This document shows positions 29,221 to 39,830 of a stretch of 64,000 nt of DNA, one piece after another (position 1 is the first letter of the stretch; each line of letters starts with the position of its first letter). Below the pieces are notes generated by a model. The model worked only from the letters and a program-made list of their open reading frames with translations, had not been told where the DNA came from and made no database searches. This DNA is from an uncultured Acidimicrobiia bacterium (GTDB lineage Bacteria > Actinomycetota > Acidimicrobiia > Acidimicrobiales > AC-14), in the NCBI GenBank assembly GCA_963836205.1, contig CAWIIV010000019.1, forward strand, positions 1 to 64,000, read 5' to 3'. The position numbers and the translations under genes are program-made.

Positions 29221-30441
29221 ATGAGCACCGTGGACACGCCCCCCTCACCCTGGAGCCGGTCGGCTCCCAGCCCGTCCTTTCCCGAGCCGGAGCTCGACGC
29301 CGACCCGACCGTCCCGTTCACCCCCCCGCCGATCCGGCCCCGGCCCTCGCCCTACACCCCGCCCCCGCCCCCCGCCCGCCGCAGCCGGGCCCCGATGTGG
29401 GTGGCGGCGGCGGCCGCGGTGGCCCTGTTCACGGGCGTCGTGGGCGGCGTGGTGGGAGCCAACCTGGCCAACGACGACGCGCCGGTGACCGCCGCCGGCA
29501 CCGCCGGCACCGCCGGCACGTCGACCACCCCCGCCGCGTCGGGGCCGTCGGCAGCCGTGGGCGGGCCCGTGCTCGACGTGGCCGCAATCCTGAACAAGGT
29601 CGAGCCGGCGGTGGTGGCCATCCAGGCCAGCGGGCGACTGGGGACGGGCCAGGGCACCGGCGTCGTCATCAGCGCCGACGGCGAGGTGCTCACCAACGCC
29701 CACGTCATCGAGGGGGCGACCAGCATCCGGGTCACCATCACCGGTCAGACCCAGTCCCGGGCCGCCACCCTCGTGGGCGCCGACAGCTTCAACGACGTCG
29801 CCCTGCTCAAGATCACCGGCGCCTCCGGGCTGGCCACGGCCGACCTCGGCTCGTCGGCCGCGGTGAAGGTGGGAGACGACGTGGTCGCTGTCGGCAACGC
29901 CCTCGGCCTGCGGGGCGACCCCACCGTCACCCGGGGCATCGTGTCCGCCCTCAACCGTTCCCTCGACACCCTCACGGGCATGATCCAGACCGACGCCGCC
30001 ATCAACCCCGGCAACTCCGGCGGCCCCTTGGCCGACAACAAGGGCCAGGTCATCGGCATCAACACCGCGGTCGCGGGCCGGGGCGGGCAGAACATCGGCT
30101 TCGCCATCCCCATCGACTCCGCCCGCACCATCCTCGACCGGCTCCGTTCGGGCCAGGCCCCCCAGGCCGTGGGGTACCTGGGCGTGAGCACCCGCGACCC
30201 GGGCGACAACAGCCAGGGGGCCGAGATCGTCGACCTGGTTGCCGGCGGTCCCGCCGACCGGGGCGGCATGGAGATCGGCGACCTGGTCACCGAGGTCGAC
30301 GGCAAGGAGGTCGTGGGCTCCGACGGGCTGGTCGGCGTCCTCCGCCAGCTCTCCCCTGGCACCCGGGTGTCGGTCACCGTCGAGCGCGACGGCAGGTCCC
30401 AGAAACTCACCGTCACGCTGGGCGAGCGGCCGGCCAACTAG
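29221..30441 (+). CDS. Membrane-anchored HtrA-like protease with PDZ
   Basis: LTNAHV, DVALLK, INPGNSGGPL, PDZ domain. Confidence 0.93.
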   Translation: MSTVDTPPSPWSRSAPSPSFPEPELDADPTVPFTPPPIRPRPSPYTPPPPPARRSRAPMWVAAAAAVALFTGVVGGVVGANLANDDAPVTAAGTAGTAGTSTTPAASGPSAAVGGPVLDVAAILNKVEPAVVAIQASGRLGTGQGTGVVISADGEVLTNAHVIEGATSIRVTITGQTQSRAATLVGADSFNDVALLKITGASGLATADLGSSAAVKVGDDVVAVGNALGLRGDPTVTRGIVSALNRSLDTLTGMIQTDAAINPGNSGGPLADNKGQVIGINTAVAGRGGQNIGFAIPIDSARTILDRLRSGQAPQAVGYLGVSTRDPGDNSQGAEIVDLVAGGPADRGGMEIGDLVTEVDGKEVVGSDGLVGVLRQLSPGTRVSVTVERDGRSQKLTVTLGERPAN

Positions 30442-30443
30442 CC

Positions 30444-31145
30444 ATGTCCCCGAACACGAGTGAAGGGGGACGCGTGCTCGTCGTCGACGACGAGCCCAGC
30501 ATCACCGACCTGGTCAGCACCGCCCTGCGCTACGTCGGCTTCGAGGTGGCGGTGGCGGCCAACGCCCGGGAGGCCCTGGCCGCGGCCACCACCTTCCGGC
30601 CCCAACTGGTCCTGCTCGACGTCATGCTCCCCGACCTCGACGGCTTCGAGGTCACCCGCCGGCTGCGGGGCGAGGGGGTACGGGTGCCCATCCTGTTCCT
30701 CACCGCCCGCGACGCCACCGACGACAAGGTCACCGGGCTCACCATCGGCGGCGACGACTACGTCACCAAGCCCTTCAGCCTGGAGGAGCTGGTGGCCCGG
30801 GTGCGGGCCCTGCTGCGCCGGGCCGAGGGGCCCACCCAGACCACCTCCAAGCTCACCTTCGCCGACCTCGAGCTCGACGAGGACACCCACGAGGTGTTCC
30901 GGGCCGGGATCCCGATCGTCACCACGCCCACCGAGTTCAAGCTCCTGCGCTTCCTGCTCCTCAACGCCCGCCGGGTGCTGTCGAAGTCGCAGATCCTCGA
31001 CCACGTCTGGCACTACGACTTCGACGGCGACGCCAACGTGGTGGAGACCTACATCAGCTACCTGCGCAAGAAGGTCGACCAGGTCGAGCCCCGCCTCATC
31101 CACACCGTCCGGGGCGTGGGGTACAGCCTGCGCCTGCCCAGCTAG
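30444..31145 (+). CDS. OmpR-family response regulator (PhoP/TcrX-like)
   Basis: VVDDE, LDVMLP, GGDDYVTKPF, ILDHVWHYDF..NVVETYISYLRKK. Confidence 0.93.
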   Translation: MSPNTSEGGRVLVVDDEPSITDLVSTALRYVGFEVAVAANAREALAAATTFRPQLVLLDVMLPDLDGFEVTRRLRGEGVRVPILFLTARDATDDKVTGLTIGGDDYVTKPFSLEELVARVRALLRRAEGPTQTTSKLTFADLELDEDTHEVFRAGIPIVTTPTEFKLLRFLLLNARRVLSKSQILDHVWHYDFDGDANVVETYISYLRKKVDQVEPRLIHTVRGVGYSLRLPS

Positions 31146-32602
31146 ATGTGGCGCCTCCGGTCCCTGCGGGGCCGGCTGGTGGCGGGCCTGCTGGCGGTGG
31201 CCGCGGTCGGCGTGCTCGTGCTCGGCTTCGGCACCTACCGGGCCCTGGCCGGCTTCCTCCAGTCCCGCACCGAGCAGCAGCTCCGTGACTCGCAGGACCC
31301 GGTCTACCGGGAGCTGGCCCGGGCCGCCTACCCCGGGCCCTCCCACCGCCGGGCCAGCGGCGAGTCGGTCATCCTCACCGGCACCTTCGCCGAGCTGCGC
31401 CGCCCGGGGGGTCCGGTGGCCACCTACAGCACCAAGGGGTGGATCGTGCCCGAGCTGGCCGACGCCACCACCATCGACGAGGACCGTTACTACGACGCCC
31501 CCGCCGTGTCCGGCGGCGGGTCGTACCGGGTGCTGGCCTCGGTCCTCGACGACGGCAGCGTCTTCTCGGTGGCCCTTCCCCTCGACGACAACCGGGCCAC
31601 GCTCCGCCAGCTGCTGGGCATCGAGGCGGGCATGGGGGCGGGCGTGCTCGTCGCCGTGGCCGCCCTGGGCTGGTGGGTCGTGCGCCTGGGCCTGCGCCCC
31701 CTCGACCACATCGGCGCCACCGCCGAGGCCATCGCCGCCGGCGACCTGAGCCGGCGGGTGGAGCGGGCCGAGGACCGCACCGAGGTGGGCCGCCTGGGGC
31801 TGGCCCTCAACCGCATGCTGGGCCAGATCGAGTCCGCCTTCGACGAGCGGCGGGCGACGGAGGACCGCCTGCGCCGCTTCGTCGCCGACGCCAGCCACGA
31901 GCTGCGCACGCCCCTCACCTCGATCAGGGGCTACGCCGAGCTGTTCCGCCGGGGGGCGGCCGACCGGCCCGAGGACCTGGCCACCGCCATGCGCCGCATC
32001 GAGGAGGAGTCGGCCCGCATGGGGGTCCTGGTGGAGGACCTGCTCCTGCTGGCCCGCCTCGACCAGGCCCGGGTCGACGAGGCCGACCGGCCGCCGGCGG
32101 TCGCCGGTCGACCTGGCCCGCCTGGCCGCCGATGCCGTGGCCGACGCCCGGGCGGTGTCGCCCGACCGACCCATCACCTTCACCGACGGGTCGCCGGTGA
32201 TGGTGTTGGGCGACGAGCTCCGCCTGCGCCAGGTGGCCGGGAACCTGCTCGCCAACGCCCAGGTCCACACGCCCCCGGGCACGGCGGTGCGGGTGACGGT
32301 GGCCGCCCACGGCGACCGGGCCCGCCTGGAGGTGAGCGACGACGGCCCCGGCCTGGCCCCCGAGGCCGCGGAACGGGTCTTCGAGCGCTTCTACCGGGTC
32401 GACAAGGCCCGCAGCCGGGCCACCGGGCGGTGCCGGGCTGGGACTGTCGATCGTGGCCGCCATCGCCGAGGTCCACGGCGGCTCGGCCCGCCTGGAGCCG
32501 CCCGCGCCCGACCGCCGGGGCGCCACGTTCGTGGTCGACCTCCCCCTGCTGGTCGAGGCCGATGCGTCGTCCGCGGAATCGGTCGGTCCGAAAATCGGTT
32601 GA
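31146..32602 (+). CDS. HAMP sensor histidine kinase (apparent frameshifts near 32100 and 32430)
   Basis: ADASHELRTPLT; N-box and G1 in a second frame; GLGLSIV in a third. Confidence 0.85.
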
Positions 32603-32648
32603 CTTTCCCAACGGTCGAACGCGATCGTCTGGCCGGAAAGGGGCGTGG

Positions 32649-34251
32649 ATGACCGACGACGGGCGAATGGACGACGGGCGGGTGGACGACGGGCGGGTGG
32701 ACGACCGGCGCTGGTGGACCCTCGGGATCCTCTGCCTCAGCCTGGTGATGATCATCGTGGGCAACACGGTGCTCAACGTCGCCCTCCCCACCCTGATCCG
32801 GGAGATCGACGCCTCGTCGACCGACCTCCAGTGGATGGTCGACGCCTACGCCCTCGTCTTCGCCGGCCTCCTCCTCACCGGGGGTGCGCTGGGCGACCGC
32901 TTCGGGCGCAAGGGCGCCCTCACCATCGGCCTGGTCGTCTTCGGGGCGGCGTCGATCCTGGCCGCGGTGTCCGACTCCGCCAGCCAGGTCGTCGTCACCC
33001 GGGGGATCATGGGCCTGGGCGCGGCGCTGGTGATGCCGGCCACCCTGTCGATCCTGGTCACCGTCTTCCCGCCCCACGAGCGGGGCCGGGCCATCGGCGT
33101 GTGGGCCGGCCTGGCCGGGGCGGGGGCGGCCGTCGGGCCCATCGCCGGCGGCTGGCTGCTGGAGCACTTCTGGTGGGGCTCGGTGTTCCTGGTCAACATC
33201 CCCGTGATCGCGGTGGCCCTGGTGGGCGGGCACTTCCTGGTCCCTACCTCCCGCGACCCCCGCAGGCCCCCGCTCGACCCGGTCGGGGCGGGACTGTCGA
33301 TCGTCGGCCTGGGGTCGGTGCTCTACGCCATCATCGAGGCCCCCACCCACGGCTGGACCGGAGGCCCTACCCTCGTCGCCGCCGGCATCGGCGTGGCGTT
33401 CCTGCTCCTGTTCGCGGCCTGGGAGCTGCGCACGCCCTTCCCCATGCTCGACCTGCGGTTCTTCAAGAACCCCCGGTTCAGCTCGGCCGCGGCGGCCATC
33501 ACCCTGGTGTTCTTCGCTCTCTTCGGCACGTTCTTCCTGCTCACCCAGTACCTGCAGCTGGTGCGGGGCTACTCCGCCCTCGGGGCGGGGGTGCACTCCC
33601 TCCCCGCTCCCCTCACCATCATGCTCATGGCCCCCATGAGCTCGAAGGTTGTCGACCGCTTCGGCGCCCGGTGGGTGATCGCGGCCGGCCTCTCGGTCGT
33701 GGCCGTCGGCCTGGCGCTGGCGTCCACCCTCGGCACCGACACCCCGTACGCCCTGCTCGCCGGGTGCCTCGTGATCCTGGCCACGGGGTTGGCCATGTCG
33801 ATGGCGCCCGCCACCACCTCGATCATGACGTCGCTGCCGCTGGGCAAGGCCGGCGTCGGCTCGGCCGTCAACGACACCACCCGCGAGCTCGGCGGTGCCC
33901 TCGGGGTGGCGGTCCTCGGCAGCCTGGTGGCGTCGCACTACGCATCGTCGATCGGGGCCGTCCCCGGCTTCGCCGGCGTCCCCGGCGACCTGGCCCGGCG
34001 GTCGCTGGGCACCGCCCTCCAGGTGGCGGCGTCGGCCGGCGAGGACGGCCCGCGGTTGGCGGCGGCGGCGAGGGCGGCCTTCGTCGACGCCATGTCGCTC
34101 GCCTTCGTCGTGGCGGCGGCGGTGACCCTGGGCGCGTCGCTGCTGGTCGCCCGCTTCATGCCCGGCGGACGGCCGGGGTGTCGTCCCTGGCCTCGTCCTC
34201 GGTGGCACGGCTCCGCCGGAGCCCGCCCCCGAGGTGCCGGCGCCCCTGTAG
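32649..34251 (+). CDS. DHA2-family MFS efflux transporter (3' end frameshifted)
   Basis: LNVALP, LGDRFGRK, WWGSVFLVNIP, SAVNDTTRELG; likely stop TAG 34249-34251. Confidence 0.88.
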
Positions 34252-34271
34252 CGCCGACGCCCGCCCGCCGC

Positions 34272-35798
34272 TTACACCGACGCCTGGGAGAAGCTGGCGC
34301 TCTTGCGCAGGTAGAACGCCCACGTCACGACGGCGAACACCAGGTAGGAGACGAGGAACACCCACAGGGCGGGCACCGACCAGTCGGCGTGGGCGGCGGC
34401 CACGGCCACCTTCTCGGCCGGAGTCGCGGCCGCCTTCACCAGGGCCGACACGTCGAGGCTCGCCTGGCGCAGGACCACCTGGATCAGGAAGCCGCCGAAA
34501 GCGCCGATCGCCCCCGCGATCCCGATCACCGCCGCCGCCCGGCGCTTGAACTCCACCGCCACCGACTTCGGCTCCAGCCCCTTCGCGCCCGCTTCCCGCC
34601 GCCCGAGCAGGGCGAAGATCGACGGGATCATCTTGTAGGTCGAGCCGTTCCCCATGCCGGCCAGCAGGAAGACGACCATGTAGGAGCCGAAGAACAGCGG
34701 GAAGCTGCGCTCCTGCACCCCGACGATGGCGGTGCCGGTGGCGATGGCCATGCCCAGGAACACCGCGAGCGTGACCCGGGCCCCGCCCACCTTGTCCGAC
34801 AGCCAGCCGCCGACGGGCCGGGCGACCGAGCCGATGAGGGCACCGACGAACCCGAGGCCGGCGAGGTAGGTGGCGATGAACGGGTGCCCGCCGAGGAATT
34901 CCGGGAACGTGTTCTTGATCACGAGCGGCAGGGCGAAGGAGAAGCCGATGAACGAGCCGAACGTGCCGATGTACAGGAACGCCATGATCCACGTCTGGCC
35001 GTAGCCGAGCGCCGCCACGTAGGAGCGCTTGTCCGCCTTGACCTGCGTCAGGCTGTCCATGTAGAGCCAGGCGCCGATGGCCGCGATGGCGATGAGGGGC
35101 ACCCACATCAGGCCGGCGTAGGCCAAATGGACGTCGTGGACCGGGAGCTTCACCGCTGCCGCGGGGATGCCGATGATGATCGCCAGCGGCACCAGGAGCT
35201 GGGCGGTGGCGACGCCGAGGTTGCCGCCGGCCGCGTTCATCCCCAGGGCGAAGCCCTTCTTCCCCTCGGGATAGAAGAACGAGATGTTGAACATCGAGGA
35301 GGAGAAGTTGCCTCCTCCGAAGCCGGCCGTGGCCGCGCAGGCCAGGAGGATCCACAGCTGGAGGTCGTGGGACTGGTCGGCCAGCCAGCCGCTCGGCACC
35401 ACGATGGCCAGCAGCAGCACCGGGATGAACAGGAACGAGGCGCTGATGGCGGTCCACGCCCGTCCGCCGAAGCGGGGCACGGCGAACGTGTAGGGGATGC
35501 GGAGGAACGATCCGACCAGGTTCGGGACAGCGGTGAGCATGAACAGCTCCGACACCGACAGCGTGAGCCCGATGTTGGCCAGGTTGATGACCACGATCGT
35601 CCACAGCACCCAGATGCTGAAGCCCATGTGCTCGGCGATGATCGAGAACACGAGGTTCTTGGCCGCGATCCGCTTGCCGGTCTGTTCCCAGAAGATCGGA
35701 TCCTCCGGCTCCCAGTGGTCGATCCAACGGCCTCTCCGACTGAAGTCGCCGGTCGAGGCGCCTGGTGATGGAGCGGTGATGGTGTCGGTCGTGCTCAA
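34272..35798 (-). CDS. narK: Nitrate/nitrite transporter
   Basis: WEPEDP.FW, GGGNFSSSM nitrate signature, FGSFIGFS, GNGSTYKMIP. Confidence 0.92.
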   Translation of the reverse strand: MSTTDTITAPSPGASTGDFSRRGRWIDHWEPEDPIFWEQTGKRIAAKNLVFSIIAEHMGFSIWVLWTIVVINLANIGLTLSVSELFMLTAVPNLVGSFLRIPYTFAVPRFGGRAWTAISASFLFIPVLLLAIVVPSGWLADQSHDLQLWILLACAATAGFGGGNFSSSMFNISFFYPEGKKGFALGMNAAGGNLGVATAQLLVPLAIIIGIPAAAVKLPVHDVHLAYAGLMWVPLIAIAAIGAWLYMDSLTQVKADKRSYVAALGYGQTWIMAFLYIGTFGSFIGFSFALPLVIKNTFPEFLGGHPFIATYLAGLGFVGALIGSVARPVGGWLSDKVGGARVTLAVFLGMAIATGTAIVGVQERSFPLFFGSYMVVFLLAGMGNGSTYKMIPSIFALLGRREAGAKGLEPKSVAVEFKRRAAAVIGIAGAIGAFGGFLIQVVLRQASLDVSALVKAAATPAEKVAVAAAHADWSVPALWVFLVSYLVFAVVTWAFYLRKSASFSQASV

Positions 35799-35876
35799 TG
35801 TCGCCTCCGGGGCAGGCTGGCTCGGATCGGCAAATAGCCCGTCGTCCGAAACCTAGGAGTCGATGCCTTCGGGGCC

Positions 35877-35892
35877 GTTTCCGACCCGTCAC
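35877..35892 (-). promoter_or_regulatory. GlnR box upstream of narK
   Basis: GTGAC-N6-GAAAC on minus strand matches gTnAc-n6-GaAAc. Confidence 0.75.
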
Positions 35893-35909
35893 CGGTTGAT
35901 GAAGGCTCG

Positions 35910-35937
35910 CTCACACGCCCGCCCCGGCCGCTGTGCG
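35910..35937. promoter_or_regulatory. Candidate NnaR site upstream of narK
   Basis: CTCACA-N16-TGTGCG inverted repeat. Confidence 0.6.
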
Positions 35938-36129
35938 GTCCCGTTCACGTTGTCCGCGACGACGGTGTGCGGCTACGCCCGGATGGTGATCGTGGCCGAC
36001 GAGATGCCGGCCGGGTCGTCTGGGTGTTCCGCGAGGCGCAGGAGCAGCTCATGGCCTGGATGGCTGCGGAGGAGGAGGCCGCTGCCGCTGCCGCCTGGTC
36101 GGTCGTTTCGCGGCGGCCGTTGCGGCGGC

Positions 36130-36168
36130 GGCAGGGCGGTGGCAAGGCGCTCGCAGGGTTGTGGCAGG
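36130..36168 (+). promoter_or_regulatory. Four 11-bp-phased direct repeats (SARP/OmpR-type)
   Basis: GGCAGG/GGCAAG/CGCAGG/GGCAGG at 36130, 36141, 36152, 36163. Confidence 0.6.
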
Positions 36169-36230
36169 GGTGGAGGCGGACGATGCGGTTGTCGGACACA
36201 CCGGCCACCGATCCCGAAAGGACCCCTCCC

Positions 36231-36638
36231 ATGTTCAGGAAGACCCTCGCCGCCATCGCCGTCGCCGGGAGCCTGCTGGTCATGGCGCCCCGCGCCGCCA
36301 TCGCCGAAGAGACCGCCACCCGCCCCGCGGCGACCGCCGAGGTCGAGTTCGGGGCCAAGAGGGACGCCATCGCCCAACAGGCGCTGAGCGACATCGAGAG
36401 GCGTCTGGCCGGCGACCCGGCGCTCGTACGGCAGATCCAGGGGGCGGCGGCGAAAGGCGACACCGTCCGGGCGTCGAGCCTGTTGGCCGTCGACGGCGCC
36501 GAGGTCGTCTCCGTCGGCACCGAGGCCGCCGAGTACGAGACGAACCGGTTGACGATCCGGGTCCGGGTCACGGTCTGTGTCACCGTCTGGGGAACGACCT
36601 ACTGCGGCACGATCATCGTCACGATCAATCTCGACTGA
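36231..36638 (+). CDS. Secreted 135-aa protein with C-terminal Cys-bridged beta-hairpin
   Basis: SD GAAAGGA, signal peptide ending AIA, tail RLTIRVRVTVCVTVWGTTYCGTIIVTINLD. Confidence 0.8.
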   Translation: MFRKTLAAIAVAGSLLVMAPRAAIAEETATRPAATAEVEFGAKRDAIAQQALSDIERRLAGDPALVRQIQGAAAKGDTVRASSLLAVDGAEVVSVGTEAAEYETNRLTIRVRVTVCVTVWGTTYCGTIIVTINLD

Positions 36639-36781
36639 CCTGGGCGGCTCGCCGACGGGCGGTGAACGCGGCCCTCAGGGCCGTGTTCCCGCGTCGGCAA
36701 AGGTACCGTCACGGCCACTGGCAATCGCGGGGGCCACGTCGGTAGCGCCAAGGCACGGCGGCGGCGGCGACGGCGGCGGCG

Positions 36782-37035
36782 CGGCTCGGTGCCTTACCTC
36801 CCCCTGGGGCTCAGCCGGCAGCGAAGGTGAACGCGACGTCGACGGCGGCGTCGACGGCGAAGTCGGTATCGGACGTCCGGCTCGGTGCCCACCTCCCCCT
36901 CCTGGGTACCCAGCCGGCGGCGGGGTGAACGCCACCTCGACGGCGGCGGCACGCGGTATCGGAGGTCCGGCTCGGTGCCATACCTCCCCCTGGGGCTCAG
37001 CCGGCAGCGAAGGTGAACGCGACGTCGACGGCGGC
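36782..37035. repeat. Triplicated 3' end of SIMPL gene (about 93-bp units)
   Basis: 36782-36849 nearly identical to 36968-37035, with a diverged copy between them. Confidence 0.85.
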
Positions 37036-37641
37036 CTCGACGGTCATCTCGTCCGGGGTGACGTCGATGACTTCGGGCTCCGCGGCACCGGCGACCGCCA
37101 TACGCGCCATCATCGGCGTGAAGCCGACGGCGTCGGACGGCTGACGGAGGCCCGGTTCCGCCACCCATCGCACGCCCGTCACCCGGAGGCCGAGGGCGGC
37201 CGCGTAGGCGTCGGCTCGGGTCCGGGCGTCGGCTGCGGCCAGCCGGCGAACCTCGGTGTGGACGCCGTTGGTCGGGTCGAGCTGCCACGTGGGCCCGTCG
37301 ACGGCGGCACCGGCGGCGGCCAACTCGGCCAGGAGGTCGCCGAGGACGGCGAAGTCGACGACTTCGACCACCGACGTCCGGCTCGCCCGCCACCCGGTGC
37401 GGACGCTCTCGCCCTTCTTCCAACGGGTCCGTGGGTGCACCACGAGCGAGGTGGTGATGACGCGGTCGGTGGCGGCCTGGCGGTTGGCGACGGCGGCATC
37501 GACCTGTCCGGCCAGCCGGGCCGCCTCCCGGTAGGCGTCGTCGCGACCGGATCCGTCGGCCTCGACCGTAACTGTGACGACCGCCCGGTCGGGCAACGCC
37601 CGGGCCTGCCCCCCGCCCCGCACCACGATCGCCTCGTCCAC
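36997..37641 (-). CDS. SIMPL (DUF541) domain protein
   Basis: VVRGGG..ALPDRA...AAADARTRADAYAAALG...VEAAVDVAF. Confidence 0.85.
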   Translation of the reverse strand: MDEAIVVRGGGQARALPDRAVVTVTVEADGSGRDDAYREAARLAGQVDAAVANRQAATDRVITTSLVVHPRTRWKKGESVRTGWRASRTSVVEVVDFAVLGDLLAELAAAGAAVDGPTWQLDPTNGVHTEVRRLAAADARTRADAYAAALGLRVTGVRWVAEPGLRQPSDAVGFTPMMARMAVAGAAEPEVIDVTPDEMTVEAAVDVAFTFAAG

Positions 37642-37925
37642 AATGACGACGCTAGCCAGCCGGCCGGGCGCGGGCCCGTCGCGTGGGTGGGACGCGTGGG
37701 ATGGGTGCGGGACGCGGTGCCGGCCGAACTCGAGATCCGACGGGAGATGCTCAGGCAGCGCGGTGGAGGCGGCGCTGACCGGTGTGCTCGGGGCCGCTTC
37801 GCGGCGTGAGCGCACGAAGGTACGGGCAATGCCGGCGGGTCCCATCAGCGAAAGGCCGTGTCCTGGCAGACATCGAAACATTTGGGAGGCGAGCACTTGC
37901 ATTGCCCTGGGGAGGTGGTAGGATA

Positions 37926-37939
37926 CGAACACCAGTTCG
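37926..37939. promoter_or_regulatory. LexA (SOS) box
   Basis: CGAAC-ACCA-GTTCG immediately after -10-like TAGGAT. Confidence 0.8.
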
Positions 37940-37983
37940 CTGGGCTCGCTTCCCCCTCCATAGTCGTTCGGTCGACAACGGGC

Positions 37984-39409
37984 ATGGCTATGGGCGTAGG
38001 GATCGCGGAGCTGCGGGAGTCCTTGAGTGGGTATGCCGCCGGCTTCGACGCGGCCGTGCTGTCGGCGGTGCAGGCCGCGGTGGTCGTCGACGAGGCGTCC
38101 CGGATCGAGAAGATCGCCGCCACCGTCAAGGCCCTGGCCGCGGCCCGGGTGGCCGATGCGGGGACGTGGCGGGCCGAGGGCGATCGTTCGGCAGCCCACA
38201 TGCTGGCCCGGCGCACGGGCACCAGCGTGGTCCAGGCCGCGGCCGCCCTCGACACCGCCCGCCGGCTCGACGCATTGCCGCAGACGTCGGCGGCCGCTCG
38301 TCGGGGTGAGCTGTCGGCTGAGCAGGCATCGGCGATCGTCGACGCCGCCTGTTCCGACGCCGAGGCCGAGTCGCCGGCTGCTCGAGGCGGCCCGGCGCTC
38401 GCCGCTGGCCGAGCTGCGGGAGCAGTGCGCCCGCACCAAGGCCACCGCCCACGTCGACACCGAGGCCCGCCGTCGGCGCATCCACCAAAGGCGGTCGCTG
38501 CGCTCCTACACCGATTCGGAGGGCGAGTGGCATCTCCACTGCCGCGACAACCCCGAGGTGGGCGCCCGCATCATGGCCGCCCTCGAACCGATCCGGGAGG
38601 CGATCTTCCGCCGGGCGAGGGCCGAGGCCCGCCACGAACCACCCGACGCCTACGCCGCCGACGCCCTGGCCGAGATGGCCCGCCGGTCAGTGTGCCGGCG
38701 AAGTCGCCGGGATCGCCGCCCGAGGGCCGGCGGAACCACGGGGGACGACGGGCCGATCGGGGTCGGCGAAACCGATGGGGCGAGCGGGGTCGGCGGGAAT
38801 GACCAGACTCGTGCGCCCGACGGGCAGGTCGACGTCGACCGGGCCCCGGAGCCGAGCGGCGTCGCCGTAGCGGGTGACCGGCCCGTCCGGCAACGGGCGC
38901 CGGTGCCGCGGGTGGGTCCGCCGAAGATCATCGTGCGGGTCGACCTCGAGGCACTGTTGCGAGGCTTGCCGACCGAGGGGGAGGTCTGCGAGATCGCCGG
39001 GTTCGGGCCAGTGGCGGTGTCCGCGGTGCGGGAGATGATCGACACCGATGACCCCTTCCTCACCGCAGTTGCCACCCGGGGCCAGAAACTTGTCGGAGTG
39101 GCCCATCTGGGGCGGCGGCCCAACGCCTTGCAGCAGACGGCCCTCCAGTGGCTGTACCCGAGCTGCGCCAACGAGGCCTGCAGCGCCCAGGCCCGCCTCG
39201 ACTACGACCATCGCGTCGACTGGTCCCGCACCCACTTCACCGTGCTCGACCTGCTCGATCGCCTCTGTGGGCACTGCCACGCGCTCAAGACGCGGCAGAA
39301 CTGGTCCCTGGTCGAGGGCCGGGGCAAACGGGCGCTGGTCCCACCCGAGGATCGGCGGCATCCGAGGAACGCTGTGGACGTCAGGGACAATGGCCCGCCG
39401 GCAGCGTGA
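37984..39409 (+). CDS. DUF222/HNH endonuclease (13E12-like), apparent frameshift near 38370
   Basis: CEIAGFGPV, CxxxxC..LDYDH...LCGHCH.LKT. Confidence 0.82.
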
Positions 39410-39639
39410 GCGATCGGGACGCCCGGCGGAGCCCGGGAGGATGCGTGCGCTCTGAGCCCGGCCCGACAGCGGCCGGCGACGGGCCCGACGGCGGCGGGCG
39501 GCGGGCCGGCGGCGCGGCGGCGACGGCGGCGCGGCGGCGCGGCGGCGGACGATCGTTGGTACCGAACGGCCGGGGGCCGCTTGGGCGAGCGGCGGGCAGT
39601 GCCTCGGGCGGCCGCTGACGCGCAACAGCGGGCGCCAAG

Positions 39640-39830
39640 GACGACGTGACGGACAGCGGACAGCGGGCGCCACGGGCGACGGGCGACGGGCGACGGACGA
39701 CGTGCGGTGGACGACGTGCGGTGGACGACGGACGACGGGCGACGGACGACGTGCGACGGACGACGTGCGACGGACGACGTGCGGTGGACGACGGACGACG
39801 GACGACGGGCGACGGACGACGGGCGACGTG
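39640..39830. repeat. Degenerate 7-bp tandem repeat tract
   Basis: GGACGAC/GGGCGAC/GTGCGGT/GTGCGAC units. Confidence 0.8.

Noticed and set aside
31146-35768. 1540-aa kinase-MFS fusion ORF
   Set aside because: Artefact of frameshifts joining the kinase, the MFS gene and antisense narK
36231-36638. Classical RiPP cluster
   Set aside because: No modification enzyme, peptidase or transporter is adjacent, and the protein has a Sec signal
36782-37035. DGR template/variable repeat pair
   Set aside because: No reverse transcriptase in the window; differences are not adenine-specific; repeats include non-coding DNA
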